Source: Acidimicrobiales bacterium
GTDB taxonomy: Bacteria; Actinomycetota; Acidimicrobiia; Acidimicrobiales; Bog-793
Direction of reading: 5' to 3'
Length of the DNA stretch: 64,000 nucleotides
NCBI GenBank assembly: GCA_035532475.1
Contig: DATKQY010000061.1
Span: 16,669-80,668 of the forward strand
Shown piece after piece: positions 24,007 to 33,281 of the stretch. Every line of letters begins with the position of its first letter. Positions within the stretch are counted from its first letter, which is position 1. The notes beneath the pieces are model-generated. The model was not told the origin of the DNA. It worked only from the letters and a program-made list of their open reading frames with translations, and made no database searches. Position numbers and translations under genes: made by a program.

Positions 24007-24894
24007 TCACGGGGACGGGGGCGGGGCGAGCAGCGCCGTGCCGGTCGCCTTGGCCGCGTCCTCGTAGCGGCGCAGCGCCGGCGGCACCGCCTGGCGGCCT
24101 TCCTGGAAGGCGGCGGCCATCTGTGCCCCGAGGTAGCGCAGCAGCGCGGCGGGCGGACGGTCGGCGAGGAAGGCCCGGAACTCGACGAGCGCGGCGCTGC
24201 GGTCGCGCCCGTCCTGCAGCAGCGCGATGCCGTCGAGCGCCCGGGCGTCGGGATAGGAGGGGTCCGCCCGGACGGCGCGGGCGATCGAGGCGTCGCCCTC
24301 GCGGATCGCCGTCGCCGAGCGGGCGCGCTGGCCGATCAGGCGCACCAGCCATCCCCGGTATGCGAGGGCCTCTGGCTGGTTCGGCACCTGGTTGAGCACG
24401 GCGTCGTAGAGCGCCACCGCCTGCTGCAGGTCGCCCGCGGTGCCGAGCACCGAGGCCTGGGCCAGCTCCTGGCGCACCTCCTCGGCGGACGGCAGGGTGA
24501 TCGTGCCCGTCGCGGTCTCCCCGGGCAGCCGCGCCCCGGCGAGGTCGGCGGCCGCGAGCGCCGCGACCGCGAGCACGCAGCACGTGCCGACGACGGCGAG
24601 GATCCGGCGCGTGCGCCGCCGCCCGAGGAAGCGCCGGAAGCGCCGGCGGCCGGGCGCCGCGGTCGCGCCGGCCGGTGCCCCAGAGCGCGCCGGCGCGTCC
24701 GTCGTGGCCGCCTCCATCGCCCGCAGGACCTCGGCAGCCCGGGTGACGTAGCTCTCGCGCAACGCCGCGAAGTCGGCGTCGTCGACGTCGCCGGCCTCGT
24801 GCTCGCGTTCGAGGTCGGCGATCGATCCGAGCAGGAAGTCCCGCTCGGACTCGAGATCCTTCGGCGCCCGCCCGGCACCGAGCCCGGTGCTCAC
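24007..24894 (-). CDS. CcmI/CycH-like TPR membrane protein of cytochrome c maturation
   Basis: GTG 24894 overlaps the ccmH stop (GTGA). One TM (ILAVVGTCCVLAVAALAAA) is followed by TPR-like repeats (LQQAVALYDAVLNQVPNQPEALAYRGWL). The call rests mainly on position at the end of the ccm operon. Confidence 0.55.
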   Translation of the reverse strand: MSTGLGAGRAPKDLESERDFLLGSIADLEREHEAGDVDDADFAALRESYVTRAAEVLRAMEAATTDAPARSGAPAGATAAPGRRRFRRFLGRRRTRRILAVVGTCCVLAVAALAAADLAGARLPGETATGTITLPSAEEVRQELAQASVLGTAGDLQQAVALYDAVLNQVPNQPEALAYRGWLVRLIGQRARSATAIREGDASIARAVRADPSYPDARALDGIALLQDGRDRSAALVEFRAFLADRPPAALLRYLGAQMAAAFQEGRQAVPPALRRYEDAAKATGTALLAPPPSP

Positions 24895-25343
24895 CCGGAC
24901 CGCCCGTCGCGCCCGAGCGCCGAGGCGACGAGCGCCTCGTCCTCGGCCGCCACCGCCCCCGCTCCCCCACCCCCGCGCCGGCGGACGAGCACGACGGCGA
25001 GCGCCCCGGCGGCGACACCGAGCGCGGCGAGCGGCACGATCCACACGACGGGGCTCGTCGGGCGCAACAGCTCGGCGGGGCCGTAGCGCGCCACCACCGC
25101 CTGCTCGACGCGGGCGTCCGACCATCCCTCACCGACCCAGCGGCTCACCGACGCGCGCAGGGCGGCCGCCTGCGGGCCGTTCGACTGGGCGATCGAGATC
25201 CCGTCGCACGACGGGCATTTGAGCACGCTCTCCAGGTAGCCGATGCGGGCGGCGCGGCTCTTGGCGACCGGGTGGATGCTGCCGTAGGCGAGGAAGCCGG
25301 CGAGGACGGCGCCGAGCAGGGCCCACCCCCAGGGCCTCGCCAT
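24891..25343 (-). CDS. ccmH: Cytochrome c-type biogenesis protein CcmH
   Basis: ATG 25343 (MARPWGWALLG...). Signature LESVLKCPSCDGISIAQSN (LxCxxC) plus a C-terminal TM. Confidence 0.8.
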   Translation of the reverse strand: MARPWGWALLGAVLAGFLAYGSIHPVAKSRAARIGYLESVLKCPSCDGISIAQSNGPQAAALRASVSRWVGEGWSDARVEQAVVARYGPAELLRPTSPVVWIVPLAALGVAAGALAVVLVRRRGGGGAGAVAAEDEALVASALGRDGRSG

Positions 25344-25426
25344 CACGTCGTGCAGGCCGGCCGCGCGCCCGCGCAGGCCGGCCGGGCCCGGTGTGCGCCT
25401 GCCGAGGGGGATGCTCGCCACCGCGC

Positions 25427-26032
25427 TCAGCCCCGCGCCCTCGCGACGGCGAGCAGGTGGTCGAGCAGGGCCACGGTGTCCTGCCCGACGACGTAGCCGA
25501 CGACGCGGCCGTCCGGGGCGACGAGGAAGGACTCGGGCGGGTCGGCGACGCCGTAGGTGGTGGCGATGCTCGCGCTGCCGGCCGGGTCCTCCACCGCCGG
25601 CCAGGTCGCCCCGGTCTGCTGCAGGAAGGTCCTGGCGTTGGCGGCGGAGTCGTCGATGTCGACACCGAGGATGGCGACGTGCTGAGCGCGGTGGGCGAAC
25701 AGGAAGGTCTCGAGCGCCGGCGCCTCGTCCTGGCACGGCTGGCACCAGCTGGCGAAGAAGTTGACCACGACGTAGCGGCCGCGCAGGGCCGCCAGGCTGA
25801 CGCGCTCGCCCCCGACGATCGCCCGCCCCGAGATCCCCGGCGCCACCTTGCCGCCGAGCGAGGTGGTGGCGATCGCCCCCGGCGGCGTGGAGCGCGTCGC
25901 GAGCACGGCGATCAGCGCGCCGGCCACGACGGCGGCCGCGGCCGAGGCGAGCAGCGCCCGGCGATAGCGGCCGGCCCGCCGTGGCGAGGGCGGGGTGGCG
26001 ACGGCCGCGGGCGGCGGCGTCCGCACGCTCAC
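25427..26032 (-). CDS. ccmG: Thiol:disulfide oxidoreductase CcmG/DsbE (TlpA-like thioredoxin)
   Basis: GTG 26032 overlaps the ccmF stop (GTGA). Only the last 201 codons of ORF 25427..27778 are real. TM anchor, then VVVNFFASWCQPCQDEAP. Confidence 0.85.
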   Translation of the reverse strand: MSVRTPPPAAVATPPSPRRAGRYRRALLASAAAAVVAGALIAVLATRSTPPGAIATTSLGGKVAPGISGRAIVGGERVSLAALRGRYVVVNFFASWCQPCQDEAPALETFLFAHRAQHVAILGVDIDDSAANARTFLQQTGATWPAVEDPAGSASIATTYGVADPPESFLVAPDGRVVGYVVGQDTVALLDHLLAVARARG

Positions 26033-28041
26033 GGCGCCACGCCCGCCCCGGCGGGCACGGAGGGCTCCTCGGCGGACTCGGGCAGGAGCACCGAGACCGG
26101 GTCGGTCGGGCGTCGCCGGCGGCCGGGGACGGCGGCGAGCACGGCTCCGGCCGCGGTGAGCCCCCCGCCCACCCAGAGCCACATCACGAGCGGCTGGACG
26201 ATGACGTCGAGGGTCGCCGGGCCGCGCGGCGAGTCGACGGGTGGCGCCGCGGCGATGCTCACGTAGACGTCGGCGAGGGCGGAAGAGTCGACGGCGGGGG
26301 TCGCGGTGCCCTGGGCGTCGCCGTTGAAGAAGCCGAGCGTCGGGCGGAAGGTCGCCCCGCCGTCGACGCGGAACACCGCCTGCTCGCCCTTCTCGGCCGG
26401 GGTGTCGAGGGGCTGCCAGCCGAGGAAGGTGAAGGTGTGCCCGTCGAAGCTGAGCGTCTGGCCGCGTGCGAAGGAGAGCTCGCCCCGATGGCCGAACGAC
26501 CCCGCCGCGCTGAGCCCGACGGCGATGACGATCACGCCGAGGTGGACGACCATCCCGCCGTTGGCGCGCCCGACGACGCCCCGCCACACGCCGAGCCCAC
26601 GCCGCTGCGCCGCCACCGCGGCGAGCACGAGCTGGCGCAGCGCCGAGGCGGCGGCGAACGCGCCGAGCCCGAACGCGCCGAGCGGGGTGATCCCCCGGAT
26701 CCCGGCGAGCACGCAGGCGACGACGGTGAGCACGCCCGCCCACGCCGGGAGGACGAGCCGCCGGCGCAGCACGCCCGGGCTCGCCTTGCGCCACGGCAGC
26801 GCCGGGGCGACGGCCATGAAGAAGAGCAGCGCGATCCCGAGCGGCACGGTGAAGGCGTCGAAGAACGGGCGGCCGACGGTGATCGACTGCCCGTTCACCG
26901 CCTGGACGAAGAGCGGGAACACCGTGCCGAGCAGCACGATGAACGCGAAGGCGGCGAACAGCAGGTTGTTCACCAAGAAGGCACCCTCGCGCGACACCGG
27001 CGCGTCGATGGTGCCGGGCGACGCCAGCCGGTCCCCCCGCCAGCCGATCAGCCCGATGCCGACGGCGAGGACGGCCGCGAAGAAGCCGAGCAGTGCCGGT
27101 CCGATGCTCGAGTCCGAGAACGCGTGGACCGACTGGAGGACGGCCGAGCGGGTGAGGAAGGTGCCGAGGATGGTCAGGCTGAAGGTCGCCACGAGCAGGG
27201 AGAGGTTCCAGATCCTGAGCAGGCCGCGTCGCTCCTGGACCATCACCGAGTGGAGGTAGGCGGTCCCGGTCAGCCAGGGCAGCAGGGCGGCGTTCTCGAC
27301 CGGGTCCCAGCCCCAAAAGCCCCCCCACCCGTCGGTCTGGTAGGACCACCAGGCGCCGAGGACCACCCCGACGGTGAGGAAGGCCCAGGCGAAGAGGGTG
27401 AACCGCCGCGACTCGACCAGCCAGCCCTCGCCCACGCGACCGGTGACGAGCGACGCGACGGCGAAGGAGAACGGGATGGTGAAGCCGACGAAGCCGAGGT
27501 AGAGCAAGACCGGGTGGAAGGCGACGAGCACGTTGTCCTGCAGCAGCGGGTTCGGCCCGCAGCCGCCCACGCACGGCATCGCCCCCGTCCGGGCGGCGAA
27601 GGGATCGGCGGGGCCGAGCATCAGCGCGAAGAAGTACGCCGTGACGACGAGCGCGACGAGCGTCGCCCAGCCGATCAGTGGATCGGTCGCGCGTCGGCGG
27701 AAGTGGTGCGCGCTGAACGCGACGTAGCCCGTGAGGATGAGCGCCCAGAGGAGGATCGAGCCCTGCAGCGCCGACCACATCCCGGTGATCGTGTAGATGA
27801 GCGGCGTCTCACGCGAGCTGTTGGCGGCGACGTAGGCGAGCGAGAAGTCCCGGGTCAGCAGGGCGTGCTCCATGGCGACGGTCGCCACGACCGCGCCGGC
27901 GAGGGTGAGCAGGGCGTAGGAGCGCCCCCGTGCGAGCAGCGCCGGCCGGTGGCCCGCGAGGCCGGCGCCGAGCGTCGCCACCCCGGCGAGCGCGCTGAGC
28001 AGGCCGAGGATGAGCCCGACGTGGCCGAGGGTGCCGTTCAT
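26029..28041 (-). CDS. ccmF: Cytochrome c heme lyase subunit CcmF
   Basis: ATG 28041 (MNGTLGHVGLILG). WWD motif WGGFWGWDPVENAALLPWL. Polytopic throughout. Confidence 0.92.
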   Translation of the reverse strand: MNGTLGHVGLILGLLSALAGVATLGAGLAGHRPALLARGRSYALLTLAGAVVATVAMEHALLTRDFSLAYVAANSSRETPLIYTITGMWSALQGSILLWALILTGYVAFSAHHFRRRATDPLIGWATLVALVVTAYFFALMLGPADPFAARTGAMPCVGGCGPNPLLQDNVLVAFHPVLLYLGFVGFTIPFSFAVASLVTGRVGEGWLVESRRFTLFAWAFLTVGVVLGAWWSYQTDGWGGFWGWDPVENAALLPWLTGTAYLHSVMVQERRGLLRIWNLSLLVATFSLTILGTFLTRSAVLQSVHAFSDSSIGPALLGFFAAVLAVGIGLIGWRGDRLASPGTIDAPVSREGAFLVNNLLFAAFAFIVLLGTVFPLFVQAVNGQSITVGRPFFDAFTVPLGIALLFFMAVAPALPWRKASPGVLRRRLVLPAWAGVLTVVACVLAGIRGITPLGAFGLGAFAAASALRQLVLAAVAAQRRGLGVWRGVVGRANGGMVVHLGVIVIAVGLSAAGSFGHRGELSFARGQTLSFDGHTFTFLGWQPLDTPAEKGEQAVFRVDGGATFRPTLGFFNGDAQGTATPAVDSSALADVYVSIAAAPPVDSPRGPATLDVIVQPLVMWLWVGGGLTAAGAVLAAVPGRRRRPTDPVSVLLPESAEEPSVPAGAGVAP

Positions 28042-28114
28042 CGCGGGCCACCGGGCCCGCCATGCCCGCCGGCGCGGCCCGCGGGCCGCCCCGCGGCGCG
28101 CGGCGCCCGGGAGC

Positions 28115-28639
28115 TCAGCACCGCTGGGCGTCCCCGGTCTGGACGCGGCCGGGATGGGCGGCCACGTAGCTGTTGGAGTGCTTGACGAGGATCTGGTTCG
28201 ACGAGAACACGTTGCTCGTCCCGACGAAGTGGCCGACGAGCACCACCGCGACGCCCGGGGCGAACAGCTGCGGCGGGGTGCCCTGGTTCTCGACCGGGAC
28301 GTGGACCCTCCCCGAGCAGATCGAGAAGGAGAGCGTCCGCGGCCCCGTCGAGCGCAAGGTGTGCGGCACGACGACGCCTTCGATCTGGAACGTCGAGTCG
28401 CCGAGCGTCCCACGCTCGGCGACGGCCTGCTGCGCGGTCTTGAAGTAGACAATCGCCGAGGTGAGCGCCTTGTAGACGAGGAAGCCCGCCGCCGCGAGGA
28501 GCACGACGCCGACGAGCGCGATCCGCCGACGCGTCCTCGCCGACCGGGCCTTGCGCAGCGCCGCGACCGCAGCGGCGCGCTCGCCCCCCACCGGCGGCGT
28601 GCCGCGGCCTTCGTGCGCCGGGGGGGCGCTGATCGTCAT
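28115..28639 (-). CDS. ccmE: Heme chaperone CcmE
   Basis: ATG 28639 (ATGA overlap with the ccmD stop). TM anchor, OB-fold region FQIEGVVV...VLVGHF and heme-binding HxxxY as ILVKHSNSYVAAHP. Confidence 0.85.
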   Translation of the reverse strand: MTISAPPAHEGRGTPPVGGERAAAVAALRKARSARTRRRIALVGVVLLAAAGFLVYKALTSAIVYFKTAQQAVAERGTLGDSTFQIEGVVVPHTLRSTGPRTLSFSICSGRVHVPVENQGTPPQLFAPGVAVVLVGHFVGTSNVFSSNQILVKHSNSYVAAHPGRVQTGDAQRC

Positions 28640-28881
28640 CCGCCCTGCCCGGGCGGGCCCGGTGGCGTCGCGGCACGGCCCTCGTCCGCCGGGGCGGCGC
28701 TCCGCCCGCCGTCGGCGGGCGCCTCCACTGCCGCGGCTCCCGTCACCGGCGTGCTCGTCGCGCGCGGCCGAGGCGCCGGCAGGCGCCGGCGGGCGCTCCG
28801 CTCGCGCCCGACGAGGGACGCGGCGTAGACGCCGAGCGCCCCGAGCGTGACGATGTAGCCGGCCTCGATGTAGCCGCTCAC
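28636..28881 (-). CDS. ccmD: Heme exporter protein CcmD-like small membrane protein with a Pro/Ala-rich tail
   Basis: GTG 28881 overlaps the ccmC stop (GTGA), and its own stop overlaps the ccmE ATG. VSGYIEAGYIVTLGALGVYAASLVGRERSARRRL matches the single-TM CcmD pattern. The gene is hidden inside shadow ORF 28636..29280. Confidence 0.55.
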   Translation of the reverse strand: MSGYIEAGYIVTLGALGVYAASLVGRERSARRRLPAPRPRATSTPVTGAAAVEAPADGGRSAAPADEGRAATPPGPPGQGG

Positions 28882-29714
28882 GGTGCCTCCGCTGCCTCGG
28901 CGCGGCGCTCGGCCAGCGCCAGCGCCAGGCCCTCGCGCTCCTCGCGGTCCTCGAGCACGGCCAGCCGGTAGCGGTGGGCGACCAGCCAGGCGAACACCAC
29001 CGTGAACGACACGAACCCGAGGAGCAGGGTCCAGGCCATCGAGCCGTGGACGTAGGTCTTGCGCGTCGTGAGGTCGATCGACGGCGCCTGGTGGAGGCTC
29101 TTCCACCACAGCACGGAGAAGTAGACGATCGGCACGTCGATGAAGGCGATGAGCGCGGCGATAGCCGAGCGCTTCGCCCGGGCCTCGGGCTCCCCGGGGA
29201 CGCGGCGCAGCGCGAGGTAGCCGAGATAGAGGACGAAGAGCAGCGCCGTCGTCGTGAGCAGCGGATCCCAGGTCCACCACTGCCCCCAGGTCGGTCGACC
29301 CCAGAGGGAGCCGGTGACAAGGGTGAGGCCGGTGAAGACCACCCCGACCTCGGCCGCCGCCCCCGCCAGTCGGTCAAAGCGCGCCGAGCGGGTCCGGGGC
29401 CAGAGGTAGAGGAGGCTCGCGAGGAACGAGACGCCGTAGGCGAGGAACATCACCCACGCGAGCGGGGGGTGGATGTAGAGCAGCCGGACCAGGTTGCCCA
29501 TGAACTGATCCGGAGGGGTCACCCACAGCCCGAGCCAGACGGTCGCGACGACGCCGGCGACGCCGACGAGGCCGGTGGCGAAGAGCGCGGCGTCGGCACG
29601 GGTGCGGAGGCGGCGTCGCGCGTGCGCCACCGCCCCGGGCGCCGTGGGCGCCTCCACGGCGCGAGGCGGCCCGGTCGTGCCGACGGGCGAGACGGGGGGC
29701 GAGGTGAGGCTCAT
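28878..29714 (-). CDS. ccmC: Heme exporter protein CcmC
   Basis: ATG 29714 (ATGA overlap with the ccmB stop). WWD motif SLWGRPTWGQWWTWDPLL. Conserved IHPPLAW. Confidence 0.9.
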   Translation of the reverse strand: MSLTSPPVSPVGTTGPPRAVEAPTAPGAVAHARRRLRTRADAALFATGLVGVAGVVATVWLGLWVTPPDQFMGNLVRLLYIHPPLAWVMFLAYGVSFLASLLYLWPRTRSARFDRLAGAAAEVGVVFTGLTLVTGSLWGRPTWGQWWTWDPLLTTTALLFVLYLGYLALRRVPGEPEARAKRSAIAALIAFIDVPIVYFSVLWWKSLHQAPSIDLTTRKTYVHGSMAWTLLLGFVSFTVVFAWLVAHRYRLAVLEDREEREGLALALAERRAEAAEAP

Positions 29715-30379
29715 CCGTCCTCCAGGAGGGGTCCGAACGCCACGGTGCCGATCGCCAGATAGGCGAGCGCGAAGACGCCGAGCACGCTCAGCCAGCCGAG
29801 GCCGTGCGAGGGCGTGCCGGCGAGCGCCTCCTTCCACGCCTTGGTGGCAGCAAGGAGCACGGGGGCGACGAGCGGGAAGAACAGCAACGGCAGGAGCGTC
29901 TCACGGACGCGGGTCCCCATCGCCACCGCCCCGTAGATCGTCCCGACCGCGGCGAGCCCGGCCGTCGCCGCGACGCAGGTGCCCACGAGCAGGCCGGCGC
30001 CCGACAGGTGGGTGTCGAAGAGCAGCGACGCGACGAGCGCGAGCACGAGCTCGAGCACGATCAGCTGCACGGCCACCGCCGCCGCCTTGCCGAGGAAGAT
30101 CCCCCCTGCGTCGAGCCCGGACAGTCGCAGGCCGTCGCGCGCCTCGTCGGCCGCCTCGATCGCGAAGCTCCGCTGCACCGCCAGCACCGCCGCGAACAGG
30201 ACCGTCACCCAGAACAGCCCGGCCGCGGCGGGCCGCAGCTCGGTGTCGGACGGCCCGAGGGCGAGCCCGAACAGCACCAGCACCACGAGCGCGAAGGGCA
30301 CGACCTGGTTGAGGCCGATCTTGGCGCGCAGCTCCACCCGGAGGTCCTTCGCCGCGACGAGCGCGGCGTCACGCCACAT
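29711..30379 (-). CDS. ccmB: Heme exporter permease CcmB
   Basis: 222-aa six-TM protein. AAKDLRVELRAKIGLNQVVPF...RSFAIEAADEARDGLRLSG is typical of CcmB. It sits between ccmA and ccmC. Confidence 0.85.
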   Translation of the reverse strand: MWRDAALVAAKDLRVELRAKIGLNQVVPFALVVLVLFGLALGPSDTELRPAAAGLFWVTVLFAAVLAVQRSFAIEAADEARDGLRLSGLDAGGIFLGKAAAVAVQLIVLELVLALVASLLFDTHLSGAGLLVGTCVAATAGLAAVGTIYGAVAMGTRVRETLLPLLFFPLVAPVLLAATKAWKEALAGTPSHGLGWLSVLGVFALAYLAIGTVAFGPLLEDG

Positions 30380-31142
30380 CGCAGCCCACCTCCTCCTCGC
30401 CGGCGGGCCCCGCCGGGGGCAGCGTCACCGCCGGTCCGGGCGACCGACCCGCCGGGACGGCGAGGCCGGCGCCGGCCGGCGGCACCTCCGCCGACCCGGC
30501 TGGCTCGCCGAGCGCCCTCCCGCCGGCCAGCTCCACCACCCGGTCGGCGAGCTCGCCGGCGCGATCCAGCTCGTGGGAGGCCAGCACGACGGTCGCGCCA
30601 CGCTGGCGCGCCTCGTCGACGAGCACGTCGAGGAGCTCGCGGGCGTCCGCGTCGAGCCCGGCGTGCGGCTCGTCGAGCAGCCACAGCCGCGGCGAGCGCG
30701 CGAGCAGCACCGCGATCGAGACGCGGCGCCGCTGGCCGGCGGAGAGCCGTCCGACCGCGCTGCGGCGGAGCCGGCCCTCGAGGCCGAGGCGGGAGAGCGC
30801 GGGCTCGATGCCGGCGAGGGGCGACCGGGCGGCCCGCACCGCGAAACGCAGGTTCTCCTCCACGCTCAGCTCCTGGTAGAGGAAGCTGGCGTGGCCGAGC
30901 AGGCCCACCTCGCGGCGCAGCGACTGGCGGTCCGCCCGCAGGTCGTGGCCGAGGACCCAGGCCTCGCCCCCGCTCAGCGCGGCGAGGCCGGCGCAGCAGC
31001 GGAGGAAGCTCGACTTGCCGGCGCCGTTCGGCCCGCGCAGGTGCACGACCTCCCCCTCGGCGACCTCCAGGCTGAGACCGGAGAGGAGGGGGAACCGCCC
31101 GGCGAGCGAGACGGCATCACGGAAGAGGACGGCTGGAGCCAT
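30369..31142 (-). CDS. ccmA: Heme exporter ATP-binding protein CcmA (ABC ATPase) with a ~50-aa Pro-rich C-terminal tail
   Basis: Walker A GPNGAGKSS, signature LSAGQRRR, Walker B LWLLDEP. 11-nt overlap with ccmB. Confidence 0.85.
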   Translation of the reverse strand: MAPAVLFRDAVSLAGRFPLLSGLSLEVAEGEVVHLRGPNGAGKSSFLRCCAGLAALSGGEAWVLGHDLRADRQSLRREVGLLGHASFLYQELSVEENLRFAVRAARSPLAGIEPALSRLGLEGRLRRSAVGRLSAGQRRRVSIAVLLARSPRLWLLDEPHAGLDADARELLDVLVDEARQRGATVVLASHELDRAGELADRVVELAGGRALGEPAGSAEVPPAGAGLAVPAGRSPGPAVTLPPAGPAGEEEVGCDVA

Positions 31143-31183
31143 GGAGACCGATCAATGCTACGGGCGAGGGGCCGCCCCGTTCC

Positions 31184-31206
31184 AAAGCGGGCGCGGGCGC
31201 GCCCGC
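31184..31206 (-). terminator. Candidate intrinsic terminator after gmd: 8-bp GC stem, 4-nt loop, then UUU
   Basis: gcgggcgc gggc gcgcccgc begins 5 nt after the gmd stop. On the minus strand it is followed by TTTGG. Confidence 0.5.
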
Positions 31207-31210
31207 AGCG

Positions 31211-32182
<972 letters not shown>

Positions 32183-32222
32183 CTAGTCGAAGCAGGAAGA
32201 TGCGGTCGCACACCGAGCTAGC

Positions 32223-33281
32223 GTGCGCGCCGTGCGTTCGCCCGCCACCGCGGTGATCTGCTCGTACCGGCTCGGCGGGACCGACGGCGTCTCCGTCGAG
32301 GCGGCCAAGTGGGAGGTGGCGCTCCTCGAGCTCGGCTGGCGGGTGCGCACCGTCGCCGGGGAGGGCCGTGCCGACGTGGTCCTGCCCTGCCTCGCTGCCT
32401 CCTCGGCGGGACCGCCCCGACCGGGGGAGCTCGAGTCGGCGTTCGGCGGCGGCGACGTCGTGATCGTCGAGAACCTCTGCTCGCTGCCGCTCAACCCTGC
32501 CGCCTCGGCGGCGGTCGCCCGCTCGCTTCGCGGGCGCCCGGCCCTGCTGCGCCACCACGACCTCGCCGTCGAACGCCCCGGCCTCGCCCACCTCGGACCG
32601 ACGCCCGACGACCCGGCCTGGCGCCACGTCTGCCTCAGCCGGGCGGCTGCGGGTCGCCTCGCCGCCGAGGGGATCCCGGCGGACGTCCTCCGCAACGCCT
32701 TCGACCCCGACCCGCCGCCCGGGGACCGGGAGACGGCACGGGCGAGCCTCGGCGTCGCGCCCGGCGAGCGCCTCGTCCTCCAGCCGACCCGGGCGATCGC
32801 CCGCAAAGGGGTTCCCGAGGGCCTCGCGCTCGCCGAGGCCCTCGGCGCGACCTACTGGTTGACCGGCGCGGCGGAGGACGGCTACGGCGACGAGCTCGCC
32901 GCCGTGCTCGCCGGCGCGAGGGGCAAGGTGCTCCACCGGCCGGCCCAGACGATGGCCGACGCCTACGCGGCCTGCGACCTCGTGGCCTTCCCGTCGACGC
33001 TCGAGGGCTTCGGCAACCCGACGATCGAGTCGGCGACGCACCGCAGGCCGCTCGCGGTGGGACCGTTCGAGGTCGGCGCGGAGCTGCGCCGCTTCGGCTT
33101 CTGCTGGTTCGACGCGGCGGACCACCGCGTGATCGCCGCCTGGCTCGCCGAGCCCGACCCGCGACTGCTCGACCACAACGCCGAGGTGGCACGGCGGCAC
33201 TTCTCGCTCGAGGCGCTACCGGCTCAGCTCTCGCGCCTGCTCGCGGGCCTCCCGGGCACCGGTACGATCGGGCGGTGGTGA
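32223..33281 (+). CDS. GT4 family (GT-B) glycosyltransferase, overlap-coupled to glgE
   Basis: C-terminal E-x7-E region FPSTLEGFGNPTIES. N-terminus ICSYRLGGTDGVSVEAAKW. GTG start; the exact start is uncertain (in-frame GTG 32232 is also possible). Confidence 0.75.
   Translation: MRAVRSPATAVICSYRLGGTDGVSVEAAKWEVALLELGWRVRTVAGEGRADVVLPCLAASSAGPPRPGELESAFGGGDVVIVENLCSLPLNPAASAAVARSLRGRPALLRHHDLAVERPGLAHLGPTPDDPAWRHVCLSRAAAGRLAAEGIPADVLRNAFDPDPPPGDRETARASLGVAPGERLVLQPTRAIARKGVPEGLALAEALGATYWLTGAAEDGYGDELAAVLAGARGKVLHRPAQTMADAYAACDLVAFPSTLEGFGNPTIESATHRRPLAVGPFEVGAELRRFGFCWFDAADHRVIAAWLAEPDPRLLDHNAEVARRHFSLEALPAQLSRLLAGLPGTGTIGRW

Noticed and set aside
25427-27778. 783-aa minus ORF
   Set aside because: Only the last 201 codons (ccmG, thioredoxin fold) are meaningful. 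The upstream part is an out-of-frame shadow over ccmF. ORF 25981..28185(+) is likewise antisense to ccmF.
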